From contig JBDREN010000071.1 of assembly GCA_043819795.1 (NCBI GenBank), positions 10,912 through 74,911 of the forward strand: 64,000 nucleotides of DNA, given 5' to 3'. Positions 57,035-64,000 of this stretch are shown one piece after another. The first letter of the stretch is position 1; every line of letters begins with the position of its first letter. Origin of the DNA: Elusimicrobiota bacterium (GTDB lineage Bacteria > Elusimicrobiota > Elusimicrobia > UBA1565). Below the pieces are notes generated by a model. The model was given only the letters and a program-made list of their open reading frames with translations, was not told the origin of the DNA and did no database searches. The position numbers were made by a program, and so were the translations under genes.

Positions 57035-59458
57035 TCAGCCTTTCTTCGACTTGCCCGGGGGAGCGCTTCCGGTGCGCCCCGGCGGCTGGATATTCAGGCC
57101 TGGCGGCCCCTCGCCGTCGGGTCCGGGCGCCCTCTTGATGCCCGGCGGACCCTGGCCGTCCGGGCCCGCCGGGCCCTGACCGTCCGGTCCTTGACCGGGC
57201 GCGCACCCTTCATCGATAGCGCCGTCACAGTCGTTGTCGAGCGCGTCGTAGCACGTTTCCTCGGCGCCGGGCCGTATGTCGGGGTTCGAATCGTCGCAGT
57301 CGTCGACGCACGCAATAGCGCCGTCGCCGTCCCCATCGTCGATCACGCCGCAGCCGCAGACGCCCGGCTGGGTCTTGCCGGCGTCGTACGGACAGCCGTC
57401 GTTGCAGTCGAGCGTTCCGTCTCCGTCCGAGTCGGTGTCGGGTACGCCGCAGCCGCAGACGCCGGGCTCGACCTTGTCCGGATCATCCGGACAGAAGTCT
57501 TGGGCCGTCGCCAAAGCCGTGTCGGTGCCGGTGTCGCCCTGGTCGTCGGTGACGGTCAACGTGACGGTGAATATCCCCGCCTGCGAGTAAGGGTGGCTTA
57601 CGTTCGCGCCGGCGGCGTTCTCCGAGCCGTCGCCGAAGTCCCATTCGTAGGAGACGATGGAGCCGTCCGGGTCGGACGATCCGCTCCCGTCGAAATGCAC
57701 GCTCTCGCCCACAAGGGCCGTCTGATCCGGGCCGGCTTCGGCCACCGGCGGTCGGTTCGTCACCGGCGGCGCGAACACCTGAACCCGGTGGTTGTGGTTG
57801 TCGGCGACATAGACTCTCCCGTCCGCGCCGACCTGCGCTTCGTTGGGGTAATCGAACTGGTTGTCCCCGCTTCCCCGCCCCGTGCCGATGGTCTCGACCA
57901 CGTTGAGGTCGGAGTCGAAGATCACGACCTGATGCTGGAACGAGGCGGCCAGGTATATCTTGCCGTCCATTCCGACGCTGATGCCGAATGGGTCCTTGTA
58001 GCTTCCCGCCGATTGGCCGAGCAATTGGCCCGATTTTGAGAACTTCTTGATCACGTCGTTACTCGCGTCCACGACGTAGGCCGCGTCCGGCCCGACTCCC
58101 ACGGCGAGCGGCAGGGGTGCCGCGAACCTCTGGAGGAGTTCTCCGTCCGGGCTGAACCGGCTCACGACGGCGGCTCTGGGCTCCGAGATCCATATGGATC
58201 CGTCCGACTCGTCCACGTCGAAGCCCACGCGGAAGGAGGTCGGCTCGATGACGCCGTTCCCGAAGCTGAATAGCGGGGCGCCGTCTCCCAAAGCGAAGAC
58301 GTCCACCTCCTTGCTGATATCGTCCAGGACGTAGAGCCGGTCCCTGGCGGTGTCGATCGCCATCCGGCTGGAGCCCCCCGGAGTGATGATGTATCGAAGC
58401 AGGCGTCCGTCCGGATCGAGTTCCGCGACGCGTTCCCTGAGGCCCACATAGATCGAACCCGGCGCGATCTCGACGCTCTTCGGGTCATCCAGCGACGGAA
58501 ATTCGCGGACGAACTCGCCGTCCGTGGTGAATAGATGGAGGCGGGTGCTCTCCTGGACGTAGACCCCGTCGGTATTGACAGCCAGACCGGTCGGGCCCCA
58601 GAACTGCCCGGGTCCCGACCCCCGCTCCCCCCACTCGCCCAGAAGCGCGCCCGATGGAGAATATTTCCGGAAGGCGTAGTTCGAGGGAAAGGTCACGTAC
58701 ACGTCGCCCGAAGGGCCCACGGCGATCCTGTGGGGGTTCGGGCCGGCCGGGAACTTTCCGATGAAATCCCCGTTCAGGTCGAACTTCTGGATTCGGTCGT
58801 TCTCCCTGTCCGCCACATACACGATGCCGGCCGCGGAATCCACCGCGATCCCGATCGGTTGCGCGAACTGGCCGTCGCCGAGGCCCAGCGGTCCCGCCTC
58901 GTCCGGGTCGGAGCATGGCTCTCCCGTGATGTAGTCGGGCCAATCCGGACTGCCCATGTAGCAGTGCGAGCCGACGTTCTTGATGAAGCCGCCGTTTGAG
59001 TCGAATATCTGGACGCGATGCAGGACGGAAAACGTCGCATAAACTCGGCCCTGGGCGCTCACAGCCACGCCTGCGGGCCGCTTGTGCCAAGACTGGGATG
59101 GCGCGGGGGGCGGGACGAATTGCCATGAGGTGACGTACGTTCCGGCCGATGTGTATTTCTTAATCCTGTTCTCGACTTCTTGAGCCACGTAGATGTTGCC
59201 GGAGCTATCGAGAGCCACGTCCGCCGAGCCCCATCCGGAATCGAGCCTCATCAGCACGTTCCCGTCCGTGTCGAACTTCACGACGCCGCGGGATTGGTCC
59301 GCGCTGTAGACGTTGCCGTCTCCGTCCACGGCGATGCCGTAGGCGTTGCTCAGTGAGATGCCTAGGGTCGCTTCGTAACGCAACTGGTCGGCCCGAACCG
59401 CGGTCACGCCAAACAATGCGATCACCGCCATACTCGCGCACATCCTCGCTATTCTCAT
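57035..59458 (-). CDS. Secreted NHL-repeat beta-propeller protein with PKD domain and Cys/Asp-rich metal-binding repeats
   Basis: Signal peptide; GQF..P.GIAVD..YVAD..N.RIQKF repeats; SYEWDFGDG; DCDDSNPDIRPGAEETC.DALDNDCDGAIDEGC; PDGQGP tail repeats. Confidence 0.88.
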   Translation of the reverse strand: MRIARMCASMAVIALFGVTAVRADQLRYEATLGISLSNAYGIAVDGDGNVYSADQSRGVVKFDTDGNVLMRLDSGWGSADVALDSSGNIYVAQEVENRIKKYTSAGTYVTSWQFVPPPAPSQSWHKRPAGVAVSAQGRVYATFSVLHRVQIFDSNGGFIKNVGSHCYMGSPDWPDYITGEPCSDPDEAGPLGLGDGQFAQPIGIAVDSAAGIVYVADRENDRIQKFDLNGDFIGKFPAGPNPHRIAVGPSGDVYVTFPSNYAFRKYSPSGALLGEWGERGSGPGQFWGPTGLAVNTDGVYVQESTRLHLFTTDGEFVREFPSLDDPKSVEIAPGSIYVGLRERVAELDPDGRLLRYIITPGGSSRMAIDTARDRLYVLDDISKEVDVFALGDGAPLFSFGNGVIEPTSFRVGFDVDESDGSIWISEPRAAVVSRFSPDGELLQRFAAPLPLAVGVGPDAAYVVDASNDVIKKFSKSGQLLGQSAGSYKDPFGISVGMDGKIYLAASFQHQVVIFDSDLNVVETIGTGRGSGDNQFDYPNEAQVGADGRVYVADNHNHRVQVFAPPVTNRPPVAEAGPDQTALVGESVHFDGSGSSDPDGSIVSYEWDFGDGSENAAGANVSHPYSQAGIFTVTLTVTDDQGDTGTDTALATAQDFCPDDPDKVEPGVCGCGVPDTDSDGDGTLDCNDGCPYDAGKTQPGVCGCGVIDDGDGDGAIACVDDCDDSNPDIRPGAEETCYDALDNDCDGAIDEGCAPGQGPDGQGPAGPDGQGPPGIKRAPGPDGEGPPGLNIQPPGRTGSAPPGKSKKG

Positions 59459-59523
59459 CGCTGCACCTCGCTATTCTAGACCTCGTGCCCGACCACCCAT
59501 CCGGAAACGCGAGGCCCAACATC

Positions 59524-59553
59524 ATTGTAGCAAGCTGTTCTTGAAAGAGGCAA
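59524..59553 (-). promoter_or_regulatory. Promoter TTGCCT-N18-TACAAT with extended TG for the NHL gene
   Basis: TGcTACAAT at 59524-59532. Confidence 0.5.
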
Positions 59554-59647
59554 TTTCATTTCGAGCCCTGCGTCCTCAAGCCTCCGGAAGAGCTCGATCG
59601 GAGCGGCCCCGACCCTGACTCCACCGCTAATGCATCGCGCTGATGGC

Positions 59648-59716
59648 GTTGTCGTCGTCGTCATCGCACGCGTCGCCGTCGAGGTCGTCGTCCGCCTGGC
59701 CCGGGTTCGCGATGTC
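59648..59716 (-). pseudogene. Remnant of a thrombospondin type 3 calcium-binding repeat
   Basis: DIANPGQADDDLDGDACDDDDDN embedded in intergenic DNA. Confidence 0.55.
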
Positions 59717-59723
59717 GAGAAAA

Positions 59724-59820
59724 GGCGTCAAGCATTGAGTTGTTTGAGTAACTTTAGCTCGGCTCCCGGTACCGGGCCCCAAGTTACTCAAAGAACTCAA
59801 ACAACTCAATGCTTGACGCC
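59724..59820. repeat. 97-bp hairpin/MITE-like element with 26-bp perfect terminal inverted repeats
   Basis: ggcgtcaagcattgagttgtttgagt (59724-59749) is the exact reverse complement of 59795-59820. Confidence 0.85.
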
Positions 59821-59892
59821 GCTGTACCGCCGATGCCTTCTCGCCGAGGATGTGCCCGCTCCGGGGTCTGTCCGGCCGGGCGTTCCGGCCCG

Positions 59893-61164
59893 CTATCTCA
59901 GGTTATTGATGATCGACTGCGCCGTGTCGTGCTGCTTCTTCAACGCGTCCGACATCTGTTGGAGCGCCTGCGACCCGGAGTTCCCGGTCTGGTTGATGAA
60001 GGCCTCGAGCTGGTTGATCGCCGCGTTCCTCCGGCCCCTGACGATCGACTCCCGGGCGGCCTCCAGCTTGGAGACGACGCTGTTCTCCAGGCCTCCGGGC
60101 AGGCCGAGTCCCTGGATTTCGGCGATCATATCTGCGACCCACTCCTCGGGCGCCCGCACCGTAATGATCGCCGAGTCGGCGGCCTGCGCCCCGGCGTCGT
60201 CGGTCACGACCAGCGTGGCGGTATAGGTCCCGGGCTCCTCGTAGGCATGCTCGGCGGTGAGCCCGGCCCCGGCGCTGTTGTCGCCGAAGTCCCACGCGTA
60301 GGAGACGATCTCGCCGTCCGGCTCTTGGGATCCGCTCGCGTCGAACGCGACGGTATCCCCGACCAGGACCCTCTGGTCCGGTCCGGCGTCGGCCGTGGGC
60401 GGCTCGTTCGAGGGGTCCGCCACGCACTCGTAGATGTTCTTGATCTCGTCCGGGCCGAGCGCCCTCTTGTAGACCCGCACTTCGTCGATGCGGCCGTAGA
60501 ACCGGTACGGGGAATCGAAGTCTCCTATGGAGCCCAGGTGGAACTTGTCCGCCCGATTCAGGCCGTCGCAGAGCGAGTTATCTTGGATGCCCTCCAGCAC
60601 GCCGTCGACGTACATCTTGCTTTCGTTGGCCGCCCAATTGACGGTGACGGCGACGTGGTGCCATTCGTCGTCGGGCGAGAAGTGATCATTCGCGGAATAC
60701 ACCCCCCACGCGTGGATGCCGTTGTCGCATCGGCCGGAGGCCGACACGCGTCCGCTCCCCTGGATGATGGAAATGACGTAGCCCTGATAGCGCCCCTGTC
60801 TAGCGTCCAGGAAGATGGGATAGCTGGGGCTCAGCTTGCGCCAGCTGATCCACATCTCGATGGAGAAATTTTGGCCCCGGGCGAACGGGTAGGCCTTGTC
60901 CATGCGCACGCGGCCGGGCTGGAAGCTCGCCGCGTCGCCGACGATGCCGGGGGCGACGGTCGCGCCTTTCTCGATGGTCCCGTTGTTCGATCCGGTCTCG
61001 TCGATCACCCTGTTGCCGCTCACGTTGTCGAAGGTCCACTCGGACAAGACGCCGGCCGGGGCCGGACATGCTCCGGGCTCCACGTACCCGTCTCCGGGCA
61101 GGCTCGCCTCGGCTCCCATCGGGATCGCGGCGAAGAGCAGGACGGCCAAGGCGGCGTATCTCAT
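59893..61164 (-). CDS. Secreted LamG plus PKD protein with C-terminal FIMAH-like helical domain
   Basis: Signal peptide; WHHVAVT, IDEVRVY; SYAWDFGD; GLPGGLENSVVSKL...NQLEAFINQ. Confidence 0.85.
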   Translation of the reverse strand: MRYAALAVLLFAAIPMGAEASLPGDGYVEPGACPAPAGVLSEWTFDNVSGNRVIDETGSNNGTIEKGATVAPGIVGDAASFQPGRVRMDKAYPFARGQNFSIEMWISWRKLSPSYPIFLDARQGRYQGYVISIIQGSGRVSASGRCDNGIHAWGVYSANDHFSPDDEWHHVAVTVNWAANESKMYVDGVLEGIQDNSLCDGLNRADKFHLGSIGDFDSPYRFYGRIDEVRVYKRALGPDEIKNIYECVADPSNEPPTADAGPDQRVLVGDTVAFDASGSQEPDGEIVSYAWDFGDNSAGAGLTAEHAYEEPGTYTATLVVTDDAGAQAADSAIITVRAPEEWVADMIAEIQGLGLPGGLENSVVSKLEAARESIVRGRRNAAINQLEAFINQTGNSGSQALQQMSDALKKQHDTAQSIINNLR

Positions 61165-61472
61165 ATCTCGTTCTCCATGGAACAGTGTTCTTTAGATAAA
61201 TATAGCCCCGCCGCTGGAAAAAATCAATGACAGGCCGCTGATAGCGGGATAAGAAAAATCGTTACCAGACAAGCATTCCAAATTTTTGTCAGCTTGGCGG
61301 AGGACTATCCGCGCACGCAGGGCGGCGTCACGCGATGAGAGGGCGTCATGCGCGGAGCCGTTTGATCGGCCGGGGTCGGAACGGGGAGCAGCGTGAGATG
61401 TTCGGTGCCTTCCAGCCCTGAAGTGCGGTACAATCACGGCGGGCGGTCACGCCCCCCGAACGGAGGTGCGCG

Positions 61473-61922
61473 ATGAGCATACTGCAGTGGCTTGAGACGC
61501 CGGTGGTGATCGTGGGCGCTAAGGCGGGAGAGAAGAGCAACTGGATGACGGCGGCCTGGGTGACGCACGTGTCCTTTAAGCCGCCGCTGCTCGCGGTCTC
61601 CATCGGGCCGGAGCGCTACACCCACTCGATGATCAAGGCCTCGCGCGCCTTCTCCATCTCGGTCCTCCGGGAGGGCCAGGAGGACGTCGCCAAAGACCTC
61701 GGCTTCCGGTCCGGGGCCAGGGAGGACAAGCTCAAGGGATACAAGGTGACCACGGCGAAGACCGGCGCCCCGATACTCGAGGACGCCGGCGCGTATTACG
61801 ACTGCCGCGTCGTGGGGCAGCACACGGCCGGAGACCATACGCTTTTCATCGGCGAGGTCGTCGGCGAGAAGCTCCTCGACGGGGGGCCGTTTCTTCCTTT
61901 CAAGTCGGACGAGTACTTCTAA
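61473..61922 (+). CDS. Flavin reductase-like protein
   Basis: VSFKPPLL, FSISVL, GAPIL, GDHTLFIGEV; RBS GGAGGT and TACAAT at 61429. Confidence 0.92.
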   Translation: MSILQWLETPVVIVGAKAGEKSNWMTAAWVTHVSFKPPLLAVSIGPERYTHSMIKASRAFSISVLREGQEDVAKDLGFRSGAREDKLKGYKVTTAKTGAPILEDAGAYYDCRVVGQHTAGDHTLFIGEVVGEKLLDGGPFLPFKSDEYF

Positions 61923-61926
61923 GCGC

Positions 61927-62631
61927 GTGAAGCTCCCGGAGCTCAGGCGAAGGCTGCGCAGACTGGCCGACAAGGACAGGGCCAAGGTCCTCCGGGGCTT
62001 CTTCAAGACCGGGAAGGGGGAATACGGAGAGGGAGACGTATTCATCGGCGTCACGGTGCCCGAGATCCGGAGGCTCGCCAAGGAGTCCCGCGGCCTGTCG
62101 CTTTCCAGCCTTAAGCGGCTGATCCGGTCGCGCGTCCACGAGGAGCGGCTGTGCGCGCTTCTTATCCTCATCCTCAAATACCGGCAAGGGGGCGACGCTG
62201 ATAAGAAGGCCTGCTTCGGCTTCTATGTCCGGAACATGGGACGCGTGAACAACTGGGACCTCGTGGACCTCTCTGCCGAGCATGTCGTGGGCGCCTATCT
62301 TTCGGACAAGAGCAAACGGCCCCTCGCCCGGTGGGCGCGGTCCAAAGACCTGTGGAAGCGCCGGATCGCGATCCTGTCCACCTTTCATTACGTCAAAAAG
62401 GGCGAGTTCTCAGAGACATCGCGGATCGCCGGGATGCTGCTCGACGACAAGGAGGACCTGATCCACAAGGCCGTTGGCTGGATGCTCCGGGAGATCGGCA
62501 AGCGCGACATGGCCGAAGAGGAGGGCTTTCTGGCCCGCCACCATAAGAGGATGCCGCGCACCATGCTGCGCTACGCCATCGAGCGCTTCCCGGAGCGCAA
62601 GCGGCAGACCTACCTGAAGGGGAACATCTAG
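61927..62631 (+). CDS. DNA alkylation repair protein (AlkD-like HEAT repeat)
   Basis: FFKTGKGEYGEGD.F.GV.VP, NNWDLVD, KAVGWMLRE, MPRTMLRYAIE. Confidence 0.93.
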   Translation: MKLPELRRRLRRLADKDRAKVLRGFFKTGKGEYGEGDVFIGVTVPEIRRLAKESRGLSLSSLKRLIRSRVHEERLCALLILILKYRQGGDADKKACFGFYVRNMGRVNNWDLVDLSAEHVVGAYLSDKSKRPLARWARSKDLWKRRIAILSTFHYVKKGEFSETSRIAGMLLDDKEDLIHKAVGWMLREIGKRDMAEEEGFLARHHKRMPRTMLRYAIERFPERKRQTYLKGNI

Positions 62632-62765
62632 CCTGGACGGCTCTCGCCATGTGAGGCAGAAGAACGTGTGGGCGTTCGCCAGAAAATATTTCGCGCTGAT
62701 GTCGCTGCGCGGTCGGCGATAGAATCCGTCACGGCCCCTTCTCTTCGGGACGGGAGGAGGGAAGG

Positions 62766-63530
62766 TTATTGTCGCTTGACGTCCAGCAGGGCTAGCTTCT
62801 TGATCCGGGCCCGGAAGTAGACGAAGGGGCCGGCCGGCAGGTGCCAGGTGGCCTCCGCGCGCGTGGGGATCTGGAAGCCCGACATCTCGCGATACTCGGA
62901 GTACGTCCCGGACCACGGGGTCTCGACGAACGCCTGGCCCCGCTTTCGGGGCCGGCGTGAGGCGTGCCAGCCCACGACGCGGCCTTTGGCGTCCACCTGC
63001 AGCCCCACGGCGCCGGAAAAACCCGCGCCGGCGTATCCCACCCGGATCGTCGTATCGTCCACCGGATCCCACGTCAACCCGGGGTTCCGCACGTACGCGG
63101 GGGGACACAGCGGCAGCTCCGCCAGATAGCGCATGATCTGTCCTTTGTCCACCGCAGGCCCCTCGGAGGCGGCGACGCGCATCAGGCCCCAGAGCTTGAC
63201 GCTCAAGCGGCCGCGGCCTTCTTCGAAGGCGTCGGTGACGCGCGTCGGGAAGCCCGGAGCCATGCTAACCCACGCGCGCCAGCGGAACTCGGTGCGGTCG
63301 GGGGAGATGGTCTGGCTGGCCGTGAGGCGCTTCCACGGGTCTTCGGGCTTGAGCCGGATCTCGCCGGCTTGGGTCAGCCGCACGCGCGTGCGGTGGGGGA
63401 TCTGGAGACCCTCGGGGACGGCGAAAGACCAGACGCGCTTGGCTAGGGGCGGGAGTCTCGCGAAGCCGTCACTCGTCGGCTCTTTGGACTGGTCCGGAGG
63501 CCGGTCCGAGGGTTCGTTCGAGGCGCTCAA
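62766..63530 (-). CDS. DUF6544-like protein
   Basis: LTQAGEIR, FRW.A, DAF..GRG, MRYLAEL, TPW, IPT...W..GPF.Y pattern. Confidence 0.7.
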   Translation of the reverse strand: MSASNEPSDRPPDQSKEPTSDGFARLPPLAKRVWSFAVPEGLQIPHRTRVRLTQAGEIRLKPEDPWKRLTASQTISPDRTEFRWRAWVSMAPGFPTRVTDAFEEGRGRLSVKLWGLMRVAASEGPAVDKGQIMRYLAELPLCPPAYVRNPGLTWDPVDDTTIRVGYAGAGFSGAVGLQVDAKGRVVGWHASRRPRKRGQAFVETPWSGTYSEYREMSGFQIPTRAEATWHLPAGPFVYFRARIKKLALLDVKRQ

Positions 63531-63542
63531 GGGGCGGGGACT

Positions 63543-64000
63543 TTAGAACCTGACCAGAGGATTGCCGCGCTTGCGCTGGTCCTTGATGATGGCGTCCAGC
63601 AGGGATTCGTAGAGGTGCTTGCGGTCGATGTGCAGGCTCTCGGGAGGGTTCTTGATGGAGAACAGGTAGCGCGGGATGTTCCATCTGCGCATCCCCGCGG
63701 CGATGGAGAGCGTCCCGCTCATCTGCATCTTCCGCCAGGCGCGATGGAGCCGGATGTAATCGCCGCCCTCGGTCACGGCGATCACGTAATCCTGCCTGGA
63801 GATCGCGCTGGACACGTTGTCCATCTGGCTGCTGGCGTGGCCGACCTCGATGTTTTCGAGGATGCCCCGGTCTTCCAGCATGCCCTTGAGAAGCTCCTGG
63901 ATGACGGCCGATGCGCATGTCCCGTCATGGCAGAAGAACTTGACCTTGACGGGGTGGGAGAACCTGAACCCCGGCCGGCGCGACGGCCTCTTGGCGCGGC
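63543..64000 (-). CDS. Hypothetical protein (5' truncated) with degenerate LMW-PTP/ArsC-like P-loop
   Basis: Frame is open to the window end; VKFFCHDGTCAS...IEVGHAS...DYVIAVT resembles VLFVCxGNxCRS...VxSAG...DxIxxM. Confidence 0.5.
   Translation of the reverse strand, partial: RAKRPSRRPGFRFSHPVKVKFFCHDGTCASAVIQELLKGMLEDRGILENIEVGHASSQMDNVSSAISRQDYVIAVTEGGDYIRLHRAWRKMQMSGTLSIAAGMRRWNIPRYLFSIKNPPESLHIDRKHLYESLLDAIIKDQRKRGNPLVRF

Overview
GC-rich bacterial window, densely coding. The mix of PorV-family barrels and FN3-stalked proteins with FlgD/T9SS-like C-terminal domains suggests Elusimicrobiota (inference). Left arm (+): CHASE2 Ser/Thr kinase, PP2C phosphatase, tandem-FHA protein, sucCD, ccdA, CHASE2 adenylate cyclase, DUF3307, thiolase, DEDDh exonuclease, frameshifted hutH, hutU and yajQ. 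Middle (-): two paralogous modules, each a large secreted protease (S8 or M10 head, FN3 stalk, shared C-terminal cassette) overlapping its own PorV-like beta-barrel gene. They flank a near-complete type II secretion operon led by a MerR-HTH-only gene and exeA, plus two radical SAM genes. Right arm: GT39-like glycosyltransferase, a class III cyclase-HD-GYP fusion, an ECF sigma/anti-sigma/Spy-like/TolC-MacAB envelope-stress locus with two copies of a candidate ECF promoter, secreted NHL and LamG proteins, flavin reductase, AlkD-like protein and DUF6544. Non-coding signals include a REP-like palindrome family, a 97-bp hairpin with 26-bp perfect terminal inverted repeats, two orphan gene remnants and two homopolymer frameshifts. 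No rRNA, tRNA, CRISPR array or transposase was recognised. All family calls come from motifs read by eye; no searches were run.
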